This document shows positions 44,245 through 54,120 of a stretch of DNA of 64,000 nt, piece by piece (the first letter of the stretch is position 1; the number at the start of each line of letters is the position of its first letter). The stretch is from IMG/VR virus record IMGVR_UViG_3300044613_001835, positions 7,728-71,727 of that record; one strand, given 5' to 3'. The translations under genes and the position numbers were made by a program. The notes below the pieces were generated by a model. It searched no databases and had not been told where the DNA came from. It saw nothing but the letters and a program-made list of their open reading frames with translations. The DNA comes from a virus.

Positions 44245-44892
44245 TTAAATAAAGGGGTCTATTTTTTCTAAAACAAAAAACCAGCCTAGGCAGTTTTCAT
44301 AATTCTTGTTTAGTTCGTGCACTATTTCTTTTACATATTTTATATGAAATAAGCCAGAGGATGGTAATTCTACTGCTGAGATGTTTATGGCATCTGGTGT
44401 GGTATATCTGTTATTTTTATTATTTAGATTACCAGAAATTAAAATTGCCTTTCCACCAGGCTTTAGCCTTGAGTACAAAATTTTAAAATAAGTATTTATT
44501 ATATCTAAATTATTATGAAAACAACCCCTATCATATATAAGATCATATTTTTTGTCTGGCAAATCAAAGTGTAAATCTCCCACAATAAATTCTACGTTAT
44601 TTCTACCGACATTATTTTCCTTAGCAATATTTATTGCAACCTCAGATACATCTATGGCAGTTACGCTTTTTGCTTTTTTTGATAAGAATAATGTATCATT
44701 TCCAGACCCACATCCAAGTTCAAGAACATCATATTCTTCAATATTATTTTGATTTACAAATTCTTCCAAATTTTTATCATAGGTATACGTTTCCCATGGC
44801 AATTCTTTTGTACTATTTTTACTAACATATGAATGGTTTCCAGCCCAAACTGAATCCCAAAAGCCTTTTTTCATTTTTTTAGTTTTTTCCAT
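44245..44892 (-). CDS. Class I SAM methyltransferase (TPMT/TehB-like); probably leaderless
   Basis: FWD..W, LPWE, VLELGCGSG, AIDVS, YDLIYDRGCFH, LKPGG; TGATAAACT 6 nt before ATG. Confidence 0.85.
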   Translation of the reverse strand: MEKTKKMKKGFWDSVWAGNHSYVSKNSTKELPWETYTYDKNLEEFVNQNNIEEYDVLELGCGSGNDTLFLSKKAKSVTAIDVSEVAINIAKENNVGRNNVEFIVGDLHFDLPDKKYDLIYDRGCFHNNLDIINTYFKILYSRLKPGGKAILISGNLNNKNNRYTTPDAINISAVELPSSGLFHIKYVKEIVHELNKNYENCLGWFFVLEKIDPFI

Positions 44893-44920
44893 TCTTATAG
44901 TTTATCACATACCTATTATT

Positions 44921-45616
44921 TTATTTTGTCAAATCTTCATACTCTAATCCCATGCCAATACCAAACCCTGCTTTTTTAGCATTTTGTCCTTGGAGTGCCA
45001 AGATGTCTTTACTATCATTTGTTGCACCTTTGCTAAATACTCTAGCCTTCATATCTTCCCACTCCTTTTGGCCTCGTGACGATCCAGACTGTTTGTCTAA
45101 ATCTACCCCTTGAATTGCAGCAAGAAATTTTTTTTCTTCGTAATCAAGTTCTCTACGACTAGAAAGTGTAGCCATTAACTCTGGCATAGATAAAGACTCT
45201 TCTAACTCCTTATAATCTTTCCAAATACCCAATAAAAATGCTTCAGCCTCAATTTTTGCTAAGTCTAAATCAGACCAGGTTGATCCACTCTCTGTTGCCT
45301 GAGTTTTAACAGTTTCCTCTGATCCCCTGTTTATTTTTATTCCTGCTGAAACATCTAAAATTGTATATATTGTGGGCATATCAAAACTATCTTCTATGTC
45401 ATCTTTTTTTAACGCTATTCCTGGATAATATTGCTTCATAGCAATCCTAACACATTCCATTAAGCAATCTATTGCTTGGTCATCGTCCTCGGCCTTTTTT
45501 ACATTTTCAAAAGCCTCCATAAACTCACGAAGATATTTTATTTTTAATGGAATAATCTCTAGTTCTGTTCCATCAATAAGATTTATTACTTTATTTTGAT
45601 AAACTGTTGTTGCCAT
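44921..45616 (-). CDS. Tail assembly chaperone (long, GT-like in-frame form)
   Basis: Follows the major tail gene; N-half paralogous to 43807-44139, plus a C-terminal domain (WSDLDL...MPEL...KFLAAIQG). Confidence 0.7.
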   Translation of the reverse strand: MATTVYQNKVINLIDGTELEIIPLKIKYLREFMEAFENVKKAEDDDQAIDCLMECVRIAMKQYYPGIALKKDDIEDSFDMPTIYTILDVSAGIKINRGSEETVKTQATESGSTWSDLDLAKIEAEAFLLGIWKDYKELEESLSMPELMATLSSRRELDYEEKKFLAAIQGVDLDKQSGSSRGQKEWEDMKARVFSKGATNDSKDILALQGQNAKKAGFGIGMGLEYEDLTK

Positions 45617-45640
45617 GATTTATCTATTCTATCATAGGCA

Positions 45641-45675
45641 AAAGAAAAAACCCACCTCATAAGAGATGGGCTTTT
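45641..45675 (-). terminator. Rho-independent terminator after the major tail gene
   Basis: CCCATCTC-TTAT-GAGGTGGG followed by TTTTTTCTTTT. Confidence 0.85.
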
Positions 45676-45694
45676 GCTTTAATCTAAAATTAGA

Positions 45695-46327
45695 TTATGA
45701 TTGACCAAATGTACGATCTACGATCTTACCGTATGATCCTGACGCATCTTCTGGAAGAAGACGGAATGAAACTTCAAACATTGACGCTTCGTCACGCTTT
45801 GCGGATACAGTTACGTTCTCAATTGATAGAGCACGATATGCTGTGTAAACACGCTCAACAGAGTCAGAGTTGTCGCAATCTCCAGTTCCTGGTCCAACAG
45901 CAACGATTCCTCGTTCTACTGGACATTCTCCAAGTTCACCTGCAGATAGATTAAGTGTCTGACCTGTAGATGCTGCCTTGTTTCCTGTAAGTTGTGCATC
46001 AGAAAATGCTAATGCAAGAAGCAAGTTTTCTAGTGTTGCTTCAGCAAAAGCGGTAGCAAGATTAACCTGCATACCTTGCTTATATAGTTTTGCAACGTCA
46101 AGAATTTGGTCTACCTGGACTTCACCGAAGTCTGGTTGGAACTGCAATTCTAGACCGTTCATGGTGTAACCTATGTTAGTGTAATCTGCTTCATCTGAAA
46201 GTGTATCTTTAAAAGACTCACTTGCGTCAAAAGCCTCCAGTGTACCTGGAGTTAGAGTTGTATCAGCAACGAAAAGTGCTGCTGCACCAACGATAATGTT
46301 GTTTGACGTACCACGGCTATATGGCAT
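45695..46327 (-). CDS. Major tail (tube) protein
   Basis: NIIVGAAALF, GYTMNGL, VDQILD, AEATLENL; strong SD, followed by terminator and chaperones. Confidence 0.85.
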   Translation of the reverse strand: MPYSRGTSNNIIVGAAALFVADTTLTPGTLEAFDASESFKDTLSDEADYTNIGYTMNGLELQFQPDFGEVQVDQILDVAKLYKQGMQVNLATAFAEATLENLLLALAFSDAQLTGNKAASTGQTLNLSAGELGECPVERGIVAVGPGTGDCDNSDSVERVYTAYRALSIENVTVSAKRDEASMFEVSFRLLPEDASGSYGKIVDRTFGQS

Positions 46328-46398
46328 ATTATTTCACCTCTTTCATAAAGTATATTAAGTTGTTTGGCGTGTTTCCTCAAAACCTATTATACCGCTGT

Positions 46399-46977
46399 TT
46401 ATGTATATCTAGAATCTGGCTCAGTCTTGATGTGATAGTCATACTCAATAATTAGTTTGTTAACAAAAAGGGTTCTTGCGGATGCCAACTCTGCTACGTC
46501 CCTACTTTCGTCCGCCTGATATACCCTGGTATTGTGAAAATAAATGTTATATGGGATAGATACTTCTCCAGCGGAGTTTAGTATTGGATTTGAAAGACTG
46601 TAGGAGTTGATGTCTTGGGCTGAGGCGTCTTCACGATCAAGGGCATTTGAAATAACACGAACTGAGTCTATTAATTTACCAACATCCGTAGAGTATATAA
46701 AATAGATCAACTGTTCTCTTTTATGAGCATAAAAAGGGGTAGGTCTAAATCTCATCAATCTATCATAGACAATTAATACTGGGCTTTCTGTTTGCCTAAT
46801 TTGAATACTATCATTATATAAATCTTCAATATTGGTTGGAATTTGTGCTGGAACCATAGGATTTACACCTGGAGATAATAAATCTGATTCTGCTACAAGT
46901 TCATAAAATGCTAACTCAGACAAAACATATCTATTTAAAAATGTGGGTGGAAAACCAGTGTCCGTTAATATACTCAT
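46399..46977 (-). CDS. Putative tail terminator; probably leaderless
   Basis: Directly before the major tail gene; TAGAAT 6 nt before ATG. Confidence 0.55.
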   Translation of the reverse strand: MSILTDTGFPPTFLNRYVLSELAFYELVAESDLLSPGVNPMVPAQIPTNIEDLYNDSIQIRQTESPVLIVYDRLMRFRPTPFYAHKREQLIYFIYSTDVGKLIDSVRVISNALDREDASAQDINSYSLSNPILNSAGEVSIPYNIYFHNTRVYQADESRDVAELASARTLFVNKLIIEYDYHIKTEPDSRYT

Positions 46978-46981
46978 AGTC

Positions 46982-47659
46982 TTATTCTACCCCAATTGTT
47001 GCATTAGCAATCCATTTAAACCCTGTATCAATACCCTTGCTTCTACCCATTCTTGATCCAGCCTTCATGTTTGCCTTATAAAGTTTTGGCTTTTTAATAT
47101 AATCATAAATACCAGAAGCCTTTAAAAATGATTGCTTAAAATATCTTAAGATAAACTCATCTACTGTTTTTTCAAAACTTCCATAAACCATATCTCCCCC
47201 AGGATTGTCTACGGTAATTGGCTTACTTGTAAAAACTTCTCCACTTGGTCCATCAAATTTTAACACCCTAGATTTAGTTGGCGCAATTGTAACTGGAACA
47301 CCATTTTCCATAATCTTTGCTTTATTATAAAATGGCACAGTCATTTTTTCAGACACCGTTCTTGACTGTCTAAATGAAGAATTAATAGACAATCCAAGAT
47401 TACTAACAGTATATTTTAAATCAAACAATCTTGCATTTGGGCTACCAGTTTGATTCCACTCATAAATATGGTGCAATGCTTTTGGATTTGATCTTGCTTC
47501 AACATCAACATATTGTGCAAGAGCCTGAATCACTCCGAGGCCTAACCTATCTAAAAATACTTTTTTACCTTTATGAATACCATCTAAAAATCCAACAGAA
47601 TAGTCAATAATATTTTTCATTTGTTTATCAAAAAGTTTTGTATTCATTGTAACTATCAT
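46982..47659 (-). CDS. Neck/tail completion protein
   Basis: LHHIYEW, RLF and KAKIMENG; position in the head-tail block. Confidence 0.55.
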   Translation of the reverse strand: MIVTMNTKLFDKQMKNIIDYSVGFLDGIHKGKKVFLDRLGLGVIQALAQYVDVEARSNPKALHHIYEWNQTGSPNARLFDLKYTVSNLGLSINSSFRQSRTVSEKMTVPFYNKAKIMENGVPVTIAPTKSRVLKFDGPSGEVFTSKPITVDNPGGDMVYGSFEKTVDEFILRYFKQSFLKASGIYDYIKKPKLYKANMKAGSRMGRSKGIDTGFKWIANATIGVE

Positions 47660-48108
47660 TAGTCACCTACAGTCTGATTTTCAGTTCTACGCCATAGCAT
47701 TTTATAATATTCTATAGATCCAAATGGTCCAGTAAATGGCTCAACTGTTGCTATCTCATAAATAGTTCCTCTGCCAGATCTTGGCCCAGCAGTTTCTTTA
47801 TAAATTGTGTTATCACTTGCATCTCTAACATTTGTTACAAGTATATTTGTTGTTGCATTGTTAGCATTATTTGAAGAAAGTCTGGGGTCATTTTGGGTCC
47901 TTGCAATAAGTTTATTTTCATATTGTAAAAATGCTTCTGGTTTAATATCTTCTGTTCCTAAACCACCTACTGGTGTTGCATTGCAGATTATAGTTCTATC
48001 ATAAACCCAATCCTTTTTAGGTTGACCATATTCCCCTTGTGTAAGAATTGGAAAATATACATCAGCCTTCATTGGATACATAAAGTCTGTAACTTCACAT
48101 GAGTTCAT
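47659..48108 (-). CDS. Head closure/stopper protein
   Basis: Position and beta-rich pattern (YG....W....I.C). Confidence 0.55.
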   Translation of the reverse strand: MNSCEVTDFMYPMKADVYFPILTQGEYGQPKKDWVYDRTIICNATPVGGLGTEDIKPEAFLQYENKLIARTQNDPRLSSNNANNATTNILVTNVRDASDNTIYKETAGPRSGRGTIYEIATVEPFTGPFGSIEYYKMLWRRTENQTVGD

Positions 48109-49109
48109 TATAAAACTCCAGGACGAACAATATTATCAACATACTTAGACAAAATTTTGTCTACAATAATATTTCCAGTACCCTCAATCATTCTCTTGTC
48201 ATACTCAATTTTAAATTGATCAGTGCTGTAGTTTTTTACATATCTCTTATAATAATCTAATTTGCCACATTTAATATCATTAATCAATAACTTTGTAGCA
48301 TCTTGAATATCAATAGGAACCACCTTATATCCTGTTTCTACTAAGAAAATATAATCTGTTCCATTTGGAAATCCTACGCCAGCGGTGATGGTCTGAACAT
48401 TTCCACTATCCTCTGTATCAAATATTGCAAATGAATCTGAAGAGGCTACTGGAATTCTTGCTGGACGTCTTTCTGCCCTATTTAAAGAATCTGTTGCTTG
48501 TACTGGGTCTTTTGTAATTGCAGTTTTATCTTTAGTAATTAAATAATTAAAATCGCCTAATGCTGGTCCATCTGAATCATTAATATCGTAAACCAGTTCT
48601 GCATTTTCATATGCCTTTAAAATTTTATGTGTTCTATCCCAAAGTGGAATATAGTCTGTTTCTTGTCCAACTACCTCAAGATATTTGCGTTTATAATAAA
48701 ATCCGTCAACTATAGTATCAATAATTGCTCGTGCTAACGATTCATATTCTTTATACTTGGCAATATCTGTTGCAGAGGTTTCATTGTTTGCAATTGCCAG
48801 TTCTGTTGGATCTACGTATGGGCGCTCAATCTGTAGGTTATCTTCAACTACAATGTCACCACGCTCTCCATTAATGTCTTCATAAATAGTAACTGCATAA
48901 GATTTGTCATATTTTACAAAATCTCCATTTAACTCATATGTAATTGTTCCTTCTGAAGAAGATGTTAATCCAGATTCTCCACTAATGAATTCTTCAATTT
49001 CTGTTTGCTCTGGAACATCTTCAATGACAAGTATATAGTCTGCTGTTTCGTCTGGAACCTTATAGGTTACGGAAAGCGGGTATGGTGGTAAGCGAAGTAC
49101 TGTTGACAT
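48108..49109 (-). CDS. Head-tail adaptor protein
   Basis: GYKVVPIDIQDA and TGNIIVDKILSKY motifs. Confidence 0.65.
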   Translation of the reverse strand: MSTVLRLPPYPLSVTYKVPDETADYILVIEDVPEQTEIEEFISGESGLTSSSEGTITYELNGDFVKYDKSYAVTIYEDINGERGDIVVEDNLQIERPYVDPTELAIANNETSATDIAKYKEYESLARAIIDTIVDGFYYKRKYLEVVGQETDYIPLWDRTHKILKAYENAELVYDINDSDGPALGDFNYLITKDKTAITKDPVQATDSLNRAERRPARIPVASSDSFAIFDTEDSGNVQTITAGVGFPNGTDYIFLVETGYKVVPIDIQDATKLLINDIKCGKLDYYKRYVKNYSTDQFKIEYDKRMIEGTGNIIVDKILSKYVDNIVRPGVL

Positions 49110-49465
49110 TAATCTTTACGGTAATAAGATGCTACTTCTTCAGGCGACGCTATACGTACTAGCCTATGAGTTAGCCACTTTTCCGATGCCTCCTTTGATA
49201 CTATGTTGTACCCCACTTTTAATGCACCTAAATTATCCATGTGAAGATTTTTATCTGAATATAAGGCTACTTTGTTTGTTATGTTTTCAGCCTTATCCAC
49301 TTCTTCTACACGCTCTTCTTTATTTTCTGGTGGAAACCAACTAGCAATGATTTCTAAAATTTCAAGTTTGGTAGTTGCTTCAAAAAGTTCTATATTATTT
49401 TTTTTAGCATATGACTTTAATGCTAAGACACTTTTAGTTGATAGTTCTTCCATTGTTGTATTCAT
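49109..49465 (-). CDS. Hypothetical protein with N-terminal Rho_N/HeH-like motif
   Basis: LSTKSVLALKSYAKKNNI......KLEILEII; follows the capsid gene. Confidence 0.55.
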   Translation of the reverse strand: MNTTMEELSTKSVLALKSYAKKNNIELFEATTKLEILEIIASWFPPENKEERVEEVDKAENITNKVALYSDKNLHMDNLGALKVGYNIVSKEASEKWLTHRLVRIASPEEVASYYRKD

Positions 49466-49500
49466 AATTCTCCTGTACTCATTTGTAATTATACCAGAAT

Positions 49501-49536
49501 AACAATAAGGAGGACGGTTTTTATACCGCCCTCCCT
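49501..49536 (-). terminator. Terminator after the major capsid gene
   Basis: GGAGGGCGGT-ATAAAA-ACCGTCCTCC followed by TTATTGTT. Confidence 0.75.
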
Positions 49537-49555
49537 AGTACGTGATTGTTATATT

Positions 49556-50707
49556 TTAGGAATCAGCGCTATCTGAGTCAACATAAGCGACTGCATCTAG
49601 TTCTTCCCATTGAATACCAAAGCGTACGAATACTGTGTATTCAATTGTGTCTTTCTTTGGCTTGTATTCACGGTTTACAGTGATATCTCTCTGGAAGCCC
49701 CATACACGGTTCTGAGGGAATGTTAAATCAACATAACCTGCAGGGTAGTAAGGAACCTCAAGAACATCTACACCAAGTACACGAGTTGTACGTGCATTAC
49801 CAAGTGTTTGTGCAGTTCCATCAAGGAATTCTTGACGGTTTGCTTGTGTGCTACCAGTGCGATCTGAGAACGCTGCTGAGATAGCATCTGCAAGAGTACC
49901 GTTATTACGAACGATACCAGCAAAAGCATCAGTACCAGCATAGAACTTAAGGTTTGACTTAAGTGCACGATACTTGCGTGGCATTGCTAGAAGCAAGCCC
50001 TGCATTACTGATGTAGTGTAGTTGTTATCTGAAACTGTTGCAGCATATTCGTGAGCAGCATTTCCTACTGTTCCACGGGTCTGCTTTACGAATCCTGCCA
50101 TAATTGAAAGGAATGCGTCTGCGCCTGTTCCAAGACCATTGATAGCAAGATCTTCAATATCATTTGCGAAAGCATTGGTCATTAAGCGAACTAAATGATC
50201 TTCAAGTGCTCCACCTTCAATATTGTCTTCAAGTGCTTCAGTTGATACTTCCCAATCAAGACGAATCTTTTTGGTTGTAAGTTCTACCTTTGAGAATGTT
50301 GCACCGATGTTTGTATAATCTGGTGCGCCTTGAGCAGCAGCACGAATTACACGTTCACCAACGTTTACCTTCTCAATTTCCATGGTGTTTGCTCTCATGG
50401 TGACACGACGGCCATCTTTAGCGAGGACAGTTGCATCCCATACGTAGTCAATAAAACGACGTGCTTGCTCTGGTGCTAAAATACCACCTGCAACACCTGT
50501 TGGGTTTACTGCGTTTGCTCCAGTTGTTGCACCGAATGCTGCAGTAGCAGTGTTACCAAGTTGTGATCCTACAGACTGTGCTGCAGAGTCCAAACCAGTT
50601 GCACTACCTACACCACCAGAAACGAATGAGCCTTGAGAGTTAATCTCTGCGCCTGCTCCGCCTGATCCTGGATAGTTTTTTTCTAGGTCTTTATTTTGTT
50701 CCGACAT
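49556..50707 (-). CDS. Major capsid protein (HK97 fold)
   Basis: GGILAPEQARRFI, VELTTKKIRLDWEVSTEALEDNIEG; SD AGGAGGTGA; follows the protease. Confidence 0.92.
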   Translation of the reverse strand: MSEQNKDLEKNYPGSGGAGAEINSQGSFVSGGVGSATGLDSAAQSVGSQLGNTATAAFGATTGANAVNPTGVAGGILAPEQARRFIDYVWDATVLAKDGRRVTMRANTMEIEKVNVGERVIRAAAQGAPDYTNIGATFSKVELTTKKIRLDWEVSTEALEDNIEGGALEDHLVRLMTNAFANDIEDLAINGLGTGADAFLSIMAGFVKQTRGTVGNAAHEYAATVSDNNYTTSVMQGLLLAMPRKYRALKSNLKFYAGTDAFAGIVRNNGTLADAISAAFSDRTGSTQANRQEFLDGTAQTLGNARTTRVLGVDVLEVPYYPAGYVDLTFPQNRVWGFQRDITVNREYKPKKDTIEYTVFVRFGIQWEELDAVAYVDSDSADS

Positions 50708-50734
50708 TATTTTTCACCTCCTAGTGATTTTACC

Positions 50735-51310
50735 TTAGTTAAATAGGTCGGTTGATGTGAGGAAACGACCGCCCCATAGGGATTTTTGAACCACTTGTGG
50801 TGATTCCTGTACGATCTCGCCTAGATCGCCAGACTTGCGGAAAGCGGTATCTTGCTCTACAAGATCTACTCGCTTGCCAAACTCGTTAAAGTTATTCTTG
50901 ATACCGTTAACATCTGATGTTACTGCATCAAGAGATTTTGTTACTGCTGTTACCTTCTCATTAAGAGATTTGATAGTTGCAGCAAGATCGCCAAAGGCAT
51001 TAGTAAGAGAAGTATTAATTTCTGAAACTGCCTTGGCAACTTCTTCTTTAACATCTGCAATAGATTTTTCCACTACATTCTCTACTTCAACTGCTGCTTT
51101 TGCAGCAGAAGATTCTGCACCACCATCATCCGATTTAGCAACAGCAAGTTCTTCAACTACTGGTGCTTCTTCAGCGACTGCAGGAGTTTCTGCTGTTTCT
51201 GCAACAACCTCTGTTGTTACGTCTGCTGCTACTTCTGCTGGCTGTGCCTCTGGAGCAATCTCTGCATTTTCAACTGCAGTTTCTACAACTGCTTCTGTTG
51301 ATTCTGTCAT
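50735..51310 (-). CDS. Nested in-frame scaffolding protein, 191 aa
   Basis: AAGGAGGT followed 7 nt later by in-frame ATG 51310, at the protease/scaffold boundary. Confidence 0.65.
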   Translation of the reverse strand: MTESTEAVVETAVENAEIAPEAQPAEVAADVTTEVVAETAETPAVAEEAPVVEELAVAKSDDGGAESSAAKAAVEVENVVEKSIADVKEEVAKAVSEINTSLTNAFGDLAATIKSLNEKVTAVTKSLDAVTSDVNGIKNNFNEFGKRVDLVEQDTAFRKSGDLGEIVQESPQVVQKSLWGGRFLTSTDLFN

Positions 51311-52069
51311 TTGATTTACCTCCTTAGTAATCTTAATTGTATTAATGCCTTTAGCACTATCAACTAAGAATTTTATCATTTCTGCATTATCTTTATCATT
51401 CTTTTCTATAAAACCAATATTTTGCATTTTGTTTCCAGTTACTGGACTTGTTACTGAGTCAGAATCTGAAACCATAACAATACCGTTTTCTGAATCCCAA
51501 AATACATTTTCAATTTCTGTTTTTGATAAGTATCCATCTACTACGTTTTGTCCATTTACCTTTTCAATAGATAAAATATTTGCAAATTGGTTTGCTGGAT
51601 TATCTACAAGAGATAACTCATGTAGTTCATATGTTTTGATTACACGAATTGTTTTATCAATTTTTTCATCATAAGCATCATCCCAAGTCTTTATGTTGCC
51701 ACCAATTGAAAATCCAGTGTATGTTCCATCTAAAACTTTTTCCCAAGCATCTTGTGCACCTTTAGAAACATACGCAGATACGTAAACTCCACTATAAAAC
51801 TTTTTGTCATTTGGATCAAAATATTTATCTTCTTTAAAAGAAACAATCTTTCCTACTGCGCTGGGCTGATGCATTTCACGAAGATTGCCACGGAAGTTTT
51901 TAAAAGCCTCTACACTAGATTCTGTTGTAACTATGTCGCCTTGACGATCAACATTATCAAGCGTAGCAAAGCCAGACACCATACGGCGTTCAACATCCAC
52001 TTTTCCAATGGGCATTGAAAGGCGAACATTGTCACCTTTAGTTTCCCAATGAGCCTTGTTTATTAACAT
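50735..52069 (-). CDS. Prohead protease fused to a scaffold region
   Basis: VSGFAT, REMH, GFSIGG and ELSLVDNPAN HK97-type protease motifs; acidic coiled-coil C-half. Confidence 0.9.
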   Translation of the reverse strand: MLINKAHWETKGDNVRLSMPIGKVDVERRMVSGFATLDNVDRQGDIVTTESSVEAFKNFRGNLREMHQPSAVGKIVSFKEDKYFDPNDKKFYSGVYVSAYVSKGAQDAWEKVLDGTYTGFSIGGNIKTWDDAYDEKIDKTIRVIKTYELHELSLVDNPANQFANILSIEKVNGQNVVDGYLSKTEIENVFWDSENGIVMVSDSDSVTSPVTGNKMQNIGFIEKNDKDNAEMIKFLVDSAKGINTIKITKEVNQMTESTEAVVETAVENAEIAPEAQPAEVAADVTTEVVAETAETPAVAEEAPVVEELAVAKSDDGGAESSAAKAAVEVENVVEKSIADVKEEVAKAVSEINTSLTNAFGDLAATIKSLNEKVTAVTKSLDAVTSDVNGIKNNFNEFGKRVDLVEQDTAFRKSGDLGEIVQESPQVVQKSLWGGRFLTSTDLFN

Positions 52070-52109
52070 AACGTTATAATTATAGCACTGCTTTATACAG
52101 TTTTCTCAA

Positions 52110-53714
52110 CTATTGAGACGATCTGCCTTCGCCTTGGGGATTGCGTCCAGATATTGTAGTTGGTGAATCAGAATTATTATTTGTTCTTTCTGAATCTCTT
52201 TGGCGAGTACCCGCCAAATTTGCTCTAGAGTCAGTTGCTTGTCTTGGCGACATAACAAAAGGATCATCCCCATCTGCTCTTTGTGGCAAGTCTAATTTTT
52301 CACGAGCCTCATTTGGAGTCATAACCTGAGTCTTAACATAACGCTCAATAATCTGAGATTGAGCAATTTCATCAGTAAGGGTAAGTTCATTAAATTTAAG
52401 TTCAAGGATATCTGTTTTTTCCTTAATAATTTTATTAACTACTTTTTCAAGATGTTTTTGTGCTGGTCTAGCCACCTGCTCTTTAAATGTGCGATCTTGT
52501 GAAAGTGCTGCTGCAATGCCTGAATCAGCACCGCCAAGTTTAGAAATTGGAACCTGATGTGCAATTAAAATATCATCACGGTTTTGTTTGCGGTACTCCT
52601 TAAATGAGCCGTCCTGAATACCGTTTTCAATTGGTTCCATCTTAAACTCAACCTTATTACCGTCCGTATCTCCAGGAAGTGGGATATAAAGAGTTCTATG
52701 GGATTGAGCCTTAAGTCCAGTCTGTAAAAATCTAAACATTTTATCTTCGGCATCGCCAGATAATTTTGCACCCTTTAATGTTACTACATATCTTGGAACC
52801 GCCTTGTTTTCAAAGTAGTCAATATTGTATTGAGATGCCAACTGGTCTCCAATTAAAGACGGCATTGCTGCAACAATATCTGGAATTCCATAGAATGTAT
52901 TTAAAGGAGAGTATTCTTTAAGATGAATAATCTCATTTGGTCTTGGATCTGTGCCCATAGGGTTTGCATTTCTTGCTCCAAAGTTTCTAAAATAAACTAC
53001 CTTTTGACCAATAATTTGAATAAAACCATCACGTAAACGACGTACACGAACAGTAGTTGCTGGAATATGTCCAACATATCCAATATCTCCAGCCACTGTT
53101 CTACCTACTTCAATAAAACCATTACCAGTTGCTTGAAGATCTGTATAAACCTTTTCCATAGTTTTTGTAAAACTGTCATCATCATTTAAACTTTCTAACC
53201 AATCACGCAACTGTATCTTTGCTCTTTCAATACGATTACGAGCACGATCTACCGCTGCTTGATCTTCGTTCATTTCAAACCTTAACATGGTTCTGTCTGA
53301 AATATCAAAGCGATATCCAAGACCGACTACGTTTTCTACCTTAGCGTCAATAGCAGCATGGTTAGCAAATGATGTGTCATAAAAGTTGGCTAATTCGTAC
53401 ATGTTATATGGAGGAGTGATTACATCAAATAGTCCGTAACCATTTCTATATACCGTGCCAGGATTGATTTGCTTTGAACTTGCATCTACTCCTGAAGGTG
53501 TAACATTTGCTGCATTTAAATATGCTTGGTTTGTTTCTGGACTAATATATTTTGATAAATTGCGGGTTGTTCTACGACGAAAATTTTGATCTAGTCCAGA
53601 ATAATCTTTTAAATCATCCCAACTTTTATTAAAGGGATCTTGATGCCTAAAAGGATTTTCTTCTTTGTTCTGTGTATTAAGACCTACACGAATGTATTCT
53701 TGCTCATCACTCAT
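52110..53714 (-). CDS. Portal protein
   Basis: TGNGFIEV, NEIIHLK, YGIPD, YFENKAVP, AHQVP and MTPNEAR motifs. Confidence 0.93.
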   Translation of the reverse strand: MSDEQEYIRVGLNTQNKEENPFRHQDPFNKSWDDLKDYSGLDQNFRRRTTRNLSKYISPETNQAYLNAANVTPSGVDASSKQINPGTVYRNGYGLFDVITPPYNMYELANFYDTSFANHAAIDAKVENVVGLGYRFDISDRTMLRFEMNEDQAAVDRARNRIERAKIQLRDWLESLNDDDSFTKTMEKVYTDLQATGNGFIEVGRTVAGDIGYVGHIPATTVRVRRLRDGFIQIIGQKVVYFRNFGARNANPMGTDPRPNEIIHLKEYSPLNTFYGIPDIVAAMPSLIGDQLASQYNIDYFENKAVPRYVVTLKGAKLSGDAEDKMFRFLQTGLKAQSHRTLYIPLPGDTDGNKVEFKMEPIENGIQDGSFKEYRKQNRDDILIAHQVPISKLGGADSGIAAALSQDRTFKEQVARPAQKHLEKVVNKIIKEKTDILELKFNELTLTDEIAQSQIIERYVKTQVMTPNEAREKLDLPQRADGDDPFVMSPRQATDSRANLAGTRQRDSERTNNNSDSPTTISGRNPQGEGRSSQ

Positions 53715-54102
53715 TTACAGCATCCTTTCCATATTTATCTAATGTCTGTTGTGCTGCATGCCAAGCACCTAAGTCATTCATTGAAGGAATTAGTCCTTCT
53801 CTCATTCTTTCTTTTTGTTCAGAATATTCTTCTTCACTAATTCTTGTAAGGCCAGGAACAAAAACTGCTTTGCCTTCACCGTCATCTCCATAATGCATGG
53901 CAGCCTTTCGTAGTTCTGCAATCTTGGATAAATCACCACGATCTGAAGGGATGTTTAAGATTGATCCAGTGTCGTCTGTAAACCACTTTCCATCAGACTT
54001 CTTATATACGTAAAGTCCCCAGTCATAGTGCTTATCTATTACTTTGCGACGAACATTTTGTACATACGGTTTACCAGTTTTTGGGTTAATTAGTGATTCC
54101 AT
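53707..54102 (-). CDS. Hypothetical protein upstream of portal; probably leaderless
   Basis: TGATATACT 7 nt before ATG 54102 (track start 54108 is in frame). Confidence 0.65.
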   Translation of the reverse strand: MESLINPKTGKPYVQNVRRKVIDKHYDWGLYVYKKSDGKWFTDDTGSILNIPSDRGDLSKIAELRKAAMHYGDDGEGKAVFVPGLTRISEEEYSEQKERMREGLIPSMNDLGAWHAAQQTLDKYGKDAVNE

Positions 54103-54120
54103 AACCACAAGTATATCAGA

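Noticed and set aside
46328-46392. GAGGAAACACGCC in the major tail leader, sharing AACACGCC with the terminator near 59750
   Set aside because: An 8-nt match is plausible by chance and no supportable structure was found without comparative data.
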